Of a stretch of DNA of 64,000 bases, positions 18,915 through 28,576 are shown one piece after another. This stretch comes from Aquificaceae bacterium. Lineage in GTDB: Bacteria; Aquificota; Aquificia; Aquificales; Aquificaceae. Each line of letters opens with the position of its first letter. Within the stretch, counting starts at the first letter, position 1. The translations under genes were made by a program, and so were the position numbers. Location of the stretch: the NCBI GenBank assembly GCA_041640635.1, contig JBEPZX010000008.1, positions 8,470-72,469 of the forward strand. Reading direction: 5' to 3'. The notes under the pieces are model-generated. The model was given only the letters and a program-made list of their open reading frames with translations, was not told the origin of the DNA and searched no databases.

Positions 18915-18979
18915 CCGCAATTCATCTCCAGCTTCTAGACCCTGGAGACTTCTTGCGAAAAAATGTTAAAATATCATAT

Positions 18980-19699
18980 GTGTATAAAAAGTACATATAC
19001 ACACTACCTTCCCAAGATTTTTATGACCTTTTAGTTGAGAAATCCATAGGTGTTGAGATACTTCAAGAGAGTGAGCAGGTAATCTTTGCTACATACGAAC
19101 CTTTAGAAAATCTAACTCCCATAAAAGTGGAAGAGGTAAAATTCATAAACCCAAAGGAATCCTTTAGACCCATTTTTATAGAAAGCTTTGTTATATGTCC
19201 ACCATGGACTGTGCCTATCGTTATAAATCCCGCATCATCCTTTGGAACAGGAAAACATCCTACAACACAAATAGCATTGAAACTAATATCCAAATACTAC
19301 AAAAAAGGGTGGTCCGCTATAGATGTAGGTTGCGGAAGCGGTATTCTTTCTGTAGCTTTAAAAAAACTGGGTTGTAAGAAATTGTTAGCAATAGATACAG
19401 ACAAAAAGGCTATAAAGGAGTGTAAGAAAAACGCCAAGCTAAACGCTGTTAACGTAACTTGCAAAAACTTGAATGTAAATAAGGTAAAAGAAAGCTTTGA
19501 TTTCTTGGTTGCAAACCTCGAGATAAGTATATTCAAAGAACACATGGAAAGTCTTATAGGTATGTTTAAAAAGATTGGTATTTTTTCTGGTCTTTACAAA
19601 AAACAAGACCTTGAGGAGTTTCTAAAGCTTGCAAAAGGTTTGGAAATCCTAGACGTGCAAAAAAACAATAACTGGTACGGAGTTGTGCTTAAGAAGTGA
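18980..19699 (+). CDS. prmA: Ribosomal protein L11 methyltransferase
   Basis: PPW, SFGTGKHPTT, DVGCGSGILS motifs. Start moved to GTG 18980 because the upstream part of the ORF lies in the IS end. Confidence 0.88.
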   Translation: MYKKYIYTLPSQDFYDLLVEKSIGVEILQESEQVIFATYEPLENLTPIKVEEVKFINPKESFRPIFIESFVICPPWTVPIVINPASSFGTGKHPTTQIALKLISKYYKKGWSAIDVGCGSGILSVALKKLGCKKLLAIDTDKKAIKECKKNAKLNAVNVTCKNLNVNKVKESFDFLVANLEISIFKEHMESLIGMFKKIGIFSGLYKKQDLEEFLKLAKGLEILDVQKNNNWYGVVLKK

Positions 19700-20772
19700 G
19701 GTCAAGGGTAAGATACAGGTTACAAGGAAAAAAGGAAAGGAATACACATATAAGTGTTATAAGAAGGTTTACCATTTTGGCTTTGGTAGGTATCATGATT
19801 TACACCGTAGGATTGTTTTTGCTAGAAAAACCTAAAGTGTTGAATACACGTGACTTTGAAATTATACCTGCCAAGGGTGAAAAGGTTCTTAAACTTCAAA
19901 ACATATTTGGTTCAACAAAACTTGATATACAAGTAATACAAGGTAATAAAGTTTATAAGGTATTGTCCAAGAATGTAAATCAAAGAGAGCAAGAGTTAAC
20001 ACTCCACATAGATACGCTATCTGCAGGTATGAAAGAAGGACCAGCAAAGGTAGTTATAAAGCTAAAACATAACGTATTTCTAACGAAGAGCTACAGCATA
20101 AACAGTTACATAGACACAAAAGCCCCTCATATAGAGCTTATATCATTAACGAACCCTGTTAAGCAAGGTCTTACAGGTGTTATAAAGCTAAGAATAGAAG
20201 ATGCAGATAAAGCATACCTAAAAATAAACAGTAAAGAATATAAACTTTACTCTGTGGATAATCTTCATTACCTCGCTTTGTTTCCAGTAGAAGTTTCTGG
20301 TGTTTTGGACCTAAAAGTTCTTGCTGTTGATAAAGCGGGAAATGTCTCACAGAAGGATTTTACATTGAAAGCTCTCTCGTTCAGTAACACTAAAAGTGTC
20401 TCTGAGCTTCAAGAAGGTGAAAATTTAGCATACAAAAGTGAGCCTAGAAAACTGTGGGAAGGTAGCTTCTTAAAACCTAATAAAAATAATAGCATTGTTG
20501 CCGCAAATAACGGAGTAGTTATTTCCATCCGCAAAAATCAGGATAACACACAAACACTCATCATAGATCATGGTCTTGGCTTAATGAGTATTTATAAATT
20601 TTTGACTCAGGTTAATGCTAAAGAAGGAGAATATGTAAAAAAAGGTTATAATATTGGCAAAGCCTCAAAAAATTTTCATTTTGGTATATTGGTTCAAGGT
20701 AAAGAAGTGGAAGTTTCACCTTGGTTTGATAACAGATGGACTTATGAAAACATAGAGAACTTTCTGAATTAA
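19696..20772 (+). CDS. Membrane-anchored M23/LytM-domain protein, probably catalytically inactive
   Basis: N-terminal TM, Ig-like DKAGN, AANNGVV..IIDHGLGLMSIY..VKKG..IG; zinc ligands are missing. Confidence 0.7.
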   Translation: MRSRVRYRLQGKKERNTHISVIRRFTILALVGIMIYTVGLFLLEKPKVLNTRDFEIIPAKGEKVLKLQNIFGSTKLDIQVIQGNKVYKVLSKNVNQREQELTLHIDTLSAGMKEGPAKVVIKLKHNVFLTKSYSINSYIDTKAPHIELISLTNPVKQGLTGVIKLRIEDADKAYLKINSKEYKLYSVDNLHYLALFPVEVSGVLDLKVLAVDKAGNVSQKDFTLKALSFSNTKSVSELQEGENLAYKSEPRKLWEGSFLKPNKNNSIVAANNGVVISIRKNQDNTQTLIIDHGLGLMSIYKFLTQVNAKEGEYVKKGYNIGKASKNFHFGILVQGKEVEVSPWFDNRWTYENIENFLN

Positions 20773-20773
20773 C

Positions 20774-21436
20774 ATGAAGAAAAAACTAAAGTATTTAGGT
20801 ATTAGGTTAGTTATTCCAATAGTTGCCTTTTATTTAAAGATTGTTAGTAGAACTATAAAATGGCAAAAGCGTTATGACTTTGATAAAAACGCAAAAATAT
20901 ACGCCATTTGGCATGGGAATGCTCTGTGCATAGCTATGGCAGGAATAGACAGAGGAATATACACGCTTGTAAGTAGATTTAGAGATGGAGATATAGCTGC
21001 TTACTTGCTAGAAAAGCTCGGATACCATGTTATAAGAGGGTCCACAGAAGGAGGTAAAGTGGAAAAAGGAGGGAGATCAGCGCTCTTAAAACTCCTGAAA
21101 GTTATCAACCAAGGCTATAGCGTAGCCATCACCGTTGATGGTCCCACAGGTCCAGCTTTTGTTGTAAAGAGCGGTATAGTCTTTTTGGCACAAAAGTCTG
21201 GAAAACCCATAGTTCCAGCTTATGCAGACTTCGATAAGTTTATTAGACTAAAAACGTGGGATAGTTTTATGATACCTTTGCCTTTTAGCAAAGCCAGATT
21301 GATAGTAGGCAAAGAAATACACGTAAGAGAAGAAGACTCTATAGAAGAAAAAACTAAGGAGCTTCAGGAGGAACTTTTAGAGGTTTCTTCGTTGGGTATA
21401 TCTTTTCAGCCAACCTTGGTGCAAAAACGAAACTAA
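20774..21436 (+). CDS. DUF374 lysophospholipid acyltransferase family protein
   Basis: WHG, SRFRDG, IRGS, TVDGP.GP, WD..IP.PF motifs. Confidence 0.85.
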   Translation: MKKKLKYLGIRLVIPIVAFYLKIVSRTIKWQKRYDFDKNAKIYAIWHGNALCIAMAGIDRGIYTLVSRFRDGDIAAYLLEKLGYHVIRGSTEGGKVEKGGRSALLKLLKVINQGYSVAITVDGPTGPAFVVKSGIVFLAQKSGKPIVPAYADFDKFIRLKTWDSFMIPLPFSKARLIVGKEIHVREEDSIEEKTKELQEELLEVSSLGISFQPTLVQKRN

Positions 21437-22505
21437 GCGTTCCAAAAAATGCAGTAATCAGGACCAAAAGAACAGTTATACTTTGAGTAGGTGGGTACAT
21501 ACTTGCAAATATCACCGAGAACTCACCTCTCGGTAAGAAAGAAAGAGCCGCCCTAAGAGCAGCCCTCTTTCTCAACCCGTATGCTATACCTCCCAAATAG
21601 GTAGATAAAAACTTAAGCAATAAAGCAAAAACCACAAGGATGAAAAAAAAGGAATAATCAATATCCAAACTTATACTTGATTTAAAAGTAAAGAAGAAGA
21701 AAAACACACCTATAGAAATTTCTTTGAGCGAAGAGATTTGTGTCTCTATTGCTCTAAAGAACTTAGAACCTTCTGGCACCAAAACACCAAGCATAAATGC
21801 TATGATGGCTTCAGAGATACCCATATGCTGCCCAAAACCCGATAAAGTAAGCAAAATACCCAATACGAAAAAGGGAAAGAGATTATCATCCGCAATGTTG
21901 TTTAATACCGGCAAACCCTTTGGCACGATGTAATTGTTTATAACATAAAAAAGTCCAAAAACCAAAGCAACAAATAGTATGCTTTTAAAGGGTGTGAATA
22001 CACTGAAAGCGAATCCTAAGGAGATGGGTGTTAGCAAGGACAGTAGGACTATACTCACAAGATCCTCAAATATTAGAACTCCTATTAGGAATTCAGCTTC
22101 TGGAAAAACAAGTCTCTTGTAGTCCATGAGGAGTTTAGCTATGATAGAGGTGCTTGTTGGGTAGAGTATGCATGAAATGATTAATGAAAAAAGTATGTCT
22201 TTAGTAAAGATATAGGATATAAAAAAAATCGGCACAAAGTTTATGAAAAATCCTATAAAGCCAGCACGCCATATGTTGAACATACCCTTTAGCTTCTCGA
22301 ATGAGTACTCAAGACCTATAAAAAAGAAGAGCAAGGAAATTGCGGAAATTTCAAATATTTCGAATTGCTCAACTGTTTCCTTGTTTAGAAACTTCTTTCC
22401 TACAAGTCCTAACATTAGAAAGGAGAGTATGTAAGGAATACCGAGATTTTTTAGCAACTTTGGTATTATAAAGAGCAACAGGAGAAAAATGCCGGCGTTT
22501 AGCAT
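21354..22505 (-). CDS. Cation:proton antiporter (CPA2, KhtU-like)
   Basis: Multi-TM; GLEYS, FEDL, PRGEFS motifs. Confidence 0.88.
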   Translation of the reverse strand: MLNAGIFLLLLFIIPKLLKNLGIPYILSFLMLGLVGKKFLNKETVEQFEIFEISAISLLFFFIGLEYSFEKLKGMFNIWRAGFIGFFINFVPIFFISYIFTKDILFSLIISCILYPTSTSIIAKLLMDYKRLVFPEAEFLIGVLIFEDLVSIVLLSLLTPISLGFAFSVFTPFKSILFVALVFGLFYVINNYIVPKGLPVLNNIADDNLFPFFVLGILLTLSGFGQHMGISEAIIAFMLGVLVPEGSKFFRAIETQISSLKEISIGVFFFFFTFKSSISLDIDYSFFFILVVFALLLKFLSTYLGGIAYGLRKRAALRAALSFLPRGEFSVIFASMYPPTQSITVLLVLITAFFGTLSFVFAPRLAEKIYPTKKPLKVPPEAP

Positions 22506-22990
22506 TAGGTGCTACACCCACCACATATACTCAGAAGGTTGTTTATTTGCTGTCTAGTTCCTACTACTACCAAAGTGTCTCCTAATAGTATTTTTTCCTT
22601 ATAAGGGTCAGGACTAGGAATTATATCTTTACCCCTCACTATGGCTATTACAGAAGCCCCCGTTAATTTTCTTATTTGAAGCTCAGCTATTGTCTTGTCT
22701 ATGAAACTGGATTCTGATTCTACCTTTACCCATTCCATAACTACTTCTTTTAGAATAAGTTCCATTTTCTCAGTTTTTATAGGTTGATAGAGAGCGCCAG
22801 CGATAAGAAAACCCAGTTCCCTGGCTTCATCATCAGTTAAATCAAAACTACATATTACATCTTCGTCATCCGTTAAGTAAATTTCTCTTTTACCCGTGTT
22901 GTATATAACTATTACTAAGGCTTGACCGTTGCTTGTTTTTATGGAGTACTTTTTACCTATCCCCGGAAGATCTGTCTCTTTTAGCTCCAT
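22505..22990 (-). CDS. Antiporter regulatory subunit (KhtT-like, RCK_C)
   Basis: [12 protein letters not shown]-terminus; RCK_C TGASVIAIVRG...SP; coupled to the antiporter gene. Confidence 0.88.
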   Translation of the reverse strand: MELKETDLPGIGKKYSIKTSNGQALVIVIYNTGKREIYLTDDEDVICSFDLTDDEARELGFLIAGALYQPIKTEKMELILKEVVMEWVKVESESSFIDKTIAELQIRKLTGASVIAIVRGKDIIPSPDPYKEKILLGDTLVVVGTRQQINNLLSICGGCST

Positions 22991-23375
22991 AGTTTGCTAT
23001 TATATCCTGTAACCTCACCACATTCTTCGCATTTGATAAGACGATGGACTTGATGACTTCATCCTTTTCGTACTCTTTTTCCATTCTTCTTTTTATAAAT
23101 TCTAGAAGGCTTTCTATCTGTTTTTCCAACTCCTCGATTTGCTTTTTCATATTTAGCACGATTTCAACACCAGAGAGGTTAACACCTAGTTCTCTAGTTA
23201 GTGTTAAAATTAGCTCCAGAGTTTGAAGATCTTCATCCGTGTATTGTCTAGTTTTTCCTCTTGTCCTGGTAGGCTTTAGCAATCCTTCTTTTTCGTATAG
23301 TCTTAAAGTTTGAGGGTGTATATCGTACATTTTTGCAACTATTCCTATTGTATAGTAACGTTTCCTTTCCTTCAT
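22953..23375 (-). CDS. hspR: MerR-family heat-shock repressor HspR
   Basis: [29 protein letters not shown]; directly downstream of dnaJ. Confidence 0.88.
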   Translation of the reverse strand: MKERKRYYTIGIVAKMYDIHPQTLRLYEKEGLLKPTRTRGKTRQYTDEDLQTLELILTLTRELGVNLSGVEIVLNMKKQIEELEKQIESLLEFIKRRMEKEYEKDEVIKSIVLSNAKNVVRLQDIIANYGAKRDRSSGDR

Positions 23376-24517
23376 AGCCTTCTTTCCACCACCCTCTTAG
23401 GTTCGGGTAATAGCTCGTTTAGCTCCTCTAGGAGCTTGGTAATTTTTCTACCATCACCTAGAATCTTATTCATAAAACCAAGCTTCGGAATTTCTATGTG
23501 CACCCTTACAAACAAATCACCTCTTCCGTATCCCCTTAGTTTGGGCATACCGTATCCTTCTATCCTTATTAAATCACCTTCCTTTGAGCCTTCTGGAATT
23601 CTTACTCTCACTTTCTCTCCAGAGAGCGATTGAACCTCTAACTCTGTGCCAAGTATAGCTTCCGTAACCTTTATGTTTACATCTAAATAGAGATTGTCTC
23701 CCTTCCTCTCAAAAATAGGGTGCTGTCTCAATTTAATTAGTATGTATAGGTCACCGTTTGGACCACCATTCTTTCCTGCGTGCCCTTTACCCTCCAAAAG
23801 GATTTTGGAACCACTGTCCACACCAGGTGGTATTCTAACCTTGAGATTCTCCCTGATAGGTATAGTTCCCTGTCCTTTGCACTTGTAGCACGGCTCTCTA
23901 ATTACGCCAGTCCCTCCACATGTAGGGCAAGTTTGTGATATGGTAAGGAAAAACTGTCTCTGATAGATTTCGCCTTTTCCACCGCATGTAGGGCATACTT
24001 TCTCTTCTTTGCTTCTGTCGTATCCATACCCTCCACACACATCACAAGCTACATTTCTATTTACCCATATTTCCACTATAGTACCTTTGTAAGCTTCTTC
24101 TAATGAAATTTCCACTGTATAGTAAATGTCCTCACCCTTAATCGGCATTGAATACGACCTTCTTCTACCTTTCGTTGCCTTTTCGAATATGTCCTCGAAA
24201 CCAAATCCCCTAAGTATCTCATCAAATATTTCCCCCACGTTAAGGTTTTCTGTAAAGAAGACATCCTGAGCAGACGATGCCTGAGCGCTGAAGGCTGCAT
24301 GACCATACTGGTCATATAGTTTTCTTTTTTCTGGATCAGATAGTATCTGGTAAGCTTCGTTTATCTCTTTAAACTTTTCTTGCGCATCTGGGTCTTTGTT
24401 AAAATCGGGATGATACTTTCTAGCTAGTTTTCTATAGGCTTTTTTTATCTCTTCTTGCGTAGCGTTCCTACTGACACCCAAAACCTCGTAGTAATCCTTC
24501 TTAGCTGATTGTGCCAT
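23372..24517 (-). CDS. dnaJ: Chaperone DnaJ
   Basis: J-domain HPD, four CxxCxGxG repeats, C-terminal domain. Confidence 0.96.
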   Translation of the reverse strand: MAQSAKKDYYEVLGVSRNATQEEIKKAYRKLARKYHPDFNKDPDAQEKFKEINEAYQILSDPEKRKLYDQYGHAAFSAQASSAQDVFFTENLNVGEIFDEILRGFGFEDIFEKATKGRRRSYSMPIKGEDIYYTVEISLEEAYKGTIVEIWVNRNVACDVCGGYGYDRSKEEKVCPTCGGKGEIYQRQFFLTISQTCPTCGGTGVIREPCYKCKGQGTIPIRENLKVRIPPGVDSGSKILLEGKGHAGKNGGPNGDLYILIKLRQHPIFERKGDNLYLDVNIKVTEAILGTELEVQSLSGEKVRVRIPEGSKEGDLIRIEGYGMPKLRGYGRGDLFVRVHIEIPKLGFMNKILGDGRKITKLLEELNELLPEPKRVVERRL

Positions 24518-24525
24518 AATGTTTT

Positions 24526-24553
24526 ATAATAAATTTTAGTCAAGTTTTGTCAA
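24526..24553 (-). promoter_or_regulatory. Putative dnaJ-hspR promoter
   Basis: TTGACA (24553-24548), 16 nt, TATTAT (24531-24526); the spacer contains a CTTGACT HAIR-like half site. Confidence 0.5.
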
Positions 24554-24561
24554 GTTCATAA

Positions 24562-25767
24562 CTATTCGGTTACTACTATACCATCTAGCTTTAGTTTCCT
24601 TATTTTAATTAATTCTCTCTCTGCTTCTATTCTAGAGGTGTATGGGCCAAGCATTACCCTATATAAATTATCCTTTTCAGCAATAGTAATATTCTTTAAA
24701 GCTGTAGTTTCTTCAAGCCTACTCTTAAATGCATCAGCATTTGTTTTCATAGAAAAAACAGCAATTTGTATATAAAAAACCGTTTCTGTAGGAGAAGTCT
24801 GGGATTTATTATCTACATTCGCCGTATTTTCTTTGTTTTTCTGATCTTCCTTAGACTGCTCTACTTTACTACTTTCTGAGTCTAGATTATCCTTTTTTGT
24901 ATCTATTTGCATGACTTTAACCTGTTGTTCATCCCTTTGTCCAGGAGATTCATCCTTTTTGAATAGCTCTTTATCTTCCGGTAATAAGCCATGCTTTTTT
25001 TTATGTTCACTAATTAGTATCTGATCCAATAGTGCTTTTGCTTGACTATATGTATTTGTATCAAGATTCCTTTCTTCTAACAATTCAGACAGTATAGCCT
25101 TTGATGATGCTGTGTTACCAAATAACCACAAACTTCTAGCAGCATCTAATCTTAGCTTAGGATCTAATTGTGGATTTTGTTGGATTAACCTCAAATATAC
25201 ACTAGACGCTTTATCATACTCTTTCCTTTCTTGGTAAAATCTGGCTAATTCGATTTGAGGTTCTAGAAAATTCGGATTGTATAGAGAGGCTTTAATTAGA
25301 TTATTCACATACATCTCAGGATTACCTAGCTGCTGGTAAACTTTAGCTAAGTAATAATAAGCTATATGTTTCTTATCAAAAGTTTCATCACCTATAGATA
25401 CATCTAGATTTTCTTTTGCTTTTACGTAATCTCTCTTTTTGTAATACATTATACCCCTATTTAAGTAAGTTTCAGAAAACCCTTTATCGATTTCTATAGC
25501 TTTTAAAAAAGCAGCCTCAGCTTTTTCATACTCTTCTACTTCAGTATAAGCAATACCTAAGGCATTCCACACCTTGGGATCTCTTGGCATAAGCTGTACG
25601 GCTTTGTTAAAGTTGGCTATTGCTTCAGAATAGTTTTTTAAAAGGAACGATGACATACCAAGCTCATAGTGATACTGCCATTTGGAACTTTCCTTTTCAG
25701 ACGAATCTAAGTTCACAGCACAAGAGTAAATTAAAAAGATAATACATACAAGAATCGCCTTTCTCAC
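24562..25767 (-). CDS. TPR-repeat lipoprotein with C-terminal SPOR domain
   Basis: Lipobox IYSC, TPRs (WNALGIAY, YLNRG), SPOR YIQIAVF..YRVMLGPY. Confidence 0.82.
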   Translation of the reverse strand: MRKAILVCIIFLIYSCAVNLDSSEKESSKWQYHYELGMSSFLLKNYSEAIANFNKAVQLMPRDPKVWNALGIAYTEVEEYEKAEAAFLKAIEIDKGFSETYLNRGIMYYKKRDYVKAKENLDVSIGDETFDKKHIAYYYLAKVYQQLGNPEMYVNNLIKASLYNPNFLEPQIELARFYQERKEYDKASSVYLRLIQQNPQLDPKLRLDAARSLWLFGNTASSKAILSELLEERNLDTNTYSQAKALLDQILISEHKKKHGLLPEDKELFKKDESPGQRDEQQVKVMQIDTKKDNLDSESSKVEQSKEDQKNKENTANVDNKSQTSPTETVFYIQIAVFSMKTNADAFKSRLEETTALKNITIAEKDNLYRVMLGPYTSRIEAERELIKIRKLKLDGIVVTE

Positions 25768-26306
25768 TTCAGAATAGCACCTCCGAATGTTACTCTTAGT
25801 TTTCTAAGCTCAGTGTTTATATCGCTAGTTTGAACTTTTATCATAACTTTATAAAAGTTTTCCTCTTCCTTTAAATATGCAGAATAGCCTAGAGACTTAG
25901 CTTTATTTAGAGCCTTTGTCGCATTTTCTTTGTTAGCAAAAGCTCCTATTTGTATTGTATAAACTTTGCCAGATTCTTGTTCTAACTTCTTATCTTGTTT
26001 ACTTTCCTGAGACAATGTTTTTTGTTGTATCTCTTGTGGTTTTTCCTGAACCTTACTGTCTTGTATAACTTTTGCTATAACATCTTGCTTACTTTCTTGA
26101 GTCTTTAGATTACTTTTCTGCTCTTCTGTTTGTTTTTGAATACTTTCCTGTTGAGATTGAGATTGCTGAGTTTGTACCGGAGCAACAACTACTGGTGGCG
26201 GTTGTGGTTTTTCCTTAGAGGATATCCATGACTCTAACCCTACATAAAAGGACAGCAAGGCTACTATTATGCCGAGGAGAATTATCAACCTTCTATTTTT
26301 TCCCAT
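25764..26306 (-). CDS. Bitopic SPOR-domain protein (FtsN/DedD-like)
   Basis: N-terminal TM, Q-rich linker, YTIQIGAF..ENA. Confidence 0.8.
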   Translation of the reverse strand: MGKNRRLIILLGIIVALLSFYVGLESWISSKEKPQPPPVVVAPVQTQQSQSQQESIQKQTEEQKSNLKTQESKQDVIAKVIQDSKVQEKPQEIQQKTLSQESKQDKKLEQESGKVYTIQIGAFANKENATKALNKAKSLGYSAYLKEEENFYKVMIKVQTSDINTELRKLRVTFGGAILK

Positions 26307-26318
26307 AGTGTCCCTCCT

Positions 26319-27971
26319 TTACATACGAGATGGAGCTTCTACTCCTATCAATTTTAAACTATAATTAATAACCTTTCCTATACCTTGGAATAGAGCTAAT
26401 CTTGCTTTCATTAAGTTCTTATCATCAACCAAAACTCTGTTGTGGTTGTAATAATTATGAAAATCCTTAGCCAAGGATATGAGATTATAGGTAATTATAT
26501 GAGGCATTAAGTTCTCAGCAGCATCAATTAAGACATCCTTAAACAGTAAACACTTTTTCATAAGTTTTGTTTCTACATCTTGACTTAAGAATTGTACGTA
26601 GTTTGCCAAATTCTCATTATCTACATCGATTCCGTATCTTGCCTTTACTTCTCTCGTAACCCCCATTATACGGGCATGAGCATACTGAACATAGAATACG
26701 GGATTATCTGATGTTTTTTCCTTGACGATATCTATATCAAAGTCCAAAGGAGTATCACTTCGTTTTGTTAGAAACATAAACCTAACAGCATCTTGTCCAA
26801 CATCCTCTATGAGTTCCTTTAGAGTTATAAACTCGCCTGTTCTCTTGGACATTCTTATTTCTTGCCCACCACTTAAAAGCCTTACCATTTGAACAAATTC
26901 CACTTTTAACCAATCTTTTATGCCAAGTGCTTTTAATGCTGCTTCAAGTCTGGGTAAATATCCATGATGATCTGCTCCCCATATATTTATAGCAATTTCA
27001 AAATCTCTCTTGTATTTGTTATAGTGATACGCCACATCGTTGGCAAAGTACGTGTATGTACCATCTGATCTTATCAAGACTCTATCTTTGTCATCACCAA
27101 AGTCAGTAGATCTAAACCACAAAGCTCCATCCTTTTCGTATGTAAAACCTCGCTTTGTAAGTTCTTCTATAACTTCTTTTACCAAACCTTTTTCTAATAG
27201 GCTTCTTTCGCTAAAATAACTATCAAAAATTACATTCATAGATTTGAGAACATGCTTTATATCCTCCATTAATCTATTGACACTGTATTGGCTGCATACT
27301 TGGATAGCTTTGCCTATATCTTCCTTTAAAAGAGCTTGGCCATAAAAAGCTTTTACATCCTTTGCCAAATCCACGATATATAGTCCTTTGTAACCTTCTT
27401 TCTCGAAGGCTTCTTTAATATCAGGGTTTTCTATTCCAAATAACTCCAAGTATCTATGAAATACAGACAAACCTAGTAAATGGACTTGATATCCTGCATC
27501 GTTAATATAGTATTCTCTATAAACATTGTAGCCGTAACTTTTTAAAAGTTTTGCAATAACGTCACCTACTACCGCTCCTCTTCCATGACCTATGTGCATT
27601 GGTCCTGTAGGATTTGCACTTACAAACTCAAGTATAACTTTTTTACCCTTTCCAAGATCTTCTTTGAAGTAATCCGTACCTAAAGTCAAAAATTTTTCAA
27701 ACTCCCTTTTAACGAAATTTTCTGTGAATGTGAAGTTTAGAAAACCTCCTATAGCTTGAGCGGTAAATTCCATAGAGGAAAGATCTTTGGCAATTCTGTT
27801 AGCAATTTCCTGCGGATTTTTTTTTGCACTTTTGGCAAAAATAAAAGCAATATTTGTAGAGTAATCACCGTATTCTTCTTTTTTTGGGGACTCCAAAACC
27901 AAGTTATCTACTTTAGGAAGGTTGTTTAAGTTTATATACTCAGTCAATCTTTTGATTAATAGATTTTTCAT
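26319..27971 (-). CDS. argS: Arginine--tRNA ligase
   Basis: EFVSANPTGPMHIGHGR, MSKRTG, YVQYAHAR. Confidence 0.97.
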   Translation of the reverse strand: MKNLLIKRLTEYINLNNLPKVDNLVLESPKKEEYGDYSTNIAFIFAKSAKKNPQEIANRIAKDLSSMEFTAQAIGGFLNFTFTENFVKREFEKFLTLGTDYFKEDLGKGKKVILEFVSANPTGPMHIGHGRGAVVGDVIAKLLKSYGYNVYREYYINDAGYQVHLLGLSVFHRYLELFGIENPDIKEAFEKEGYKGLYIVDLAKDVKAFYGQALLKEDIGKAIQVCSQYSVNRLMEDIKHVLKSMNVIFDSYFSERSLLEKGLVKEVIEELTKRGFTYEKDGALWFRSTDFGDDKDRVLIRSDGTYTYFANDVAYHYNKYKRDFEIAINIWGADHHGYLPRLEAALKALGIKDWLKVEFVQMVRLLSGGQEIRMSKRTGEFITLKELIEDVGQDAVRFMFLTKRSDTPLDFDIDIVKEKTSDNPVFYVQYAHARIMGVTREVKARYGIDVDNENLANYVQFLSQDVETKLMKKCLLFKDVLIDAAENLMPHIITYNLISLAKDFHNYYNHNRVLVDDKNLMKARLALFQGIGKVINYSLKLIGVEAPSRM

Positions 27972-28069
27972 AAGATTAATATTATAGATTACAAGCCCAT
28001 TGTAGCCTCTATTTCCTTAGGTGCAAAGACTTAAATCACGATAAGAAAGATGGATCTTTAGAATATGTA

Positions 28070-28576
28070 TTAATCGTTACTAAATAACTTTTTTAACTCT
28101 ATATGTTTTGCACACACCAAAAAAGCTCTTTCTTTAGCGTTTTCTTTGTAAAACTCACAAGCATGTTCTTTCAGATCTTCACTGAAAGATATTTCATGGA
28201 ACAGATGAGCTACATTTTCAGAGTCCGTAAAGCTTTTCCTAAACATAGACCCTACAAACCACAACCCCTTTGTATCGCTCATTTGGAAATAAACCTGGCA
28301 AACTTCATTGTAGGCAAAACCCTTTTGTGCTAAGGTGTAAGTATACAAAAACACATTCTTTGGATCTTTGATAAACTCTGTTCTGTCCTTTGCAATATCA
28401 AGATCCAGTCTATAGCATTCCTCCCACAAAAGTTTGGTAATACTGAAAGGCACATCAAATGATAGATTCAGTTTTCTTTCCAACTCCTGTTCATACTTTT
28501 CACTTTTTTTGCAAGATAGAACTGAAATAGCAATCAATAAAGTTATTATGAAAGGTTTAAGGTTACTAATCCTCAT
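28070..28576 (-). CDS. Hypothetical lipoprotein
   Basis: Signal peptide with VLSC lipobox; four further Cys. Confidence 0.65.
   Translation of the reverse strand: MRISNLKPFIITLLIAISVLSCKKSEKYEQELERKLNLSFDVPFSITKLLWEECYRLDLDIAKDRTEFIKDPKNVFLYTYTLAQKGFAYNEVCQVYFQMSDTKGLWFVGSMFRKSFTDSENVAHLFHEISFSEDLKEHACEFYKENAKERAFLVCAKHIELKKLFSND

Larger units (their letters stand above)
17291..18965 (-). mobile_element. IS200/IS605-family element (IS605 group, tnpA + tnpB)
   Basis: Left-end hairpin TCTCCAG...CTGGAGA at about 18925-18948, preceded on the minus strand by target TTTAA. Right end GAAGCCTCCACC...GGTGGGAGCAGTTCAC ends at 17291. No TIRs. Left boundary uncertain by about 1 nt. Confidence 0.88.

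Noticed and set aside
18908..18979. N-terminal extension of PrmA in the ORF track
   Set aside because: It lies in the IS left-end hairpin; GTG 18980 is the more plausible start.
25960..26200. Repeated CAAGAAAGTAA / QESKQD units as a DNA repeat element
   Set aside because: They encode the low-complexity Q/E/K linker of the SPOR protein.
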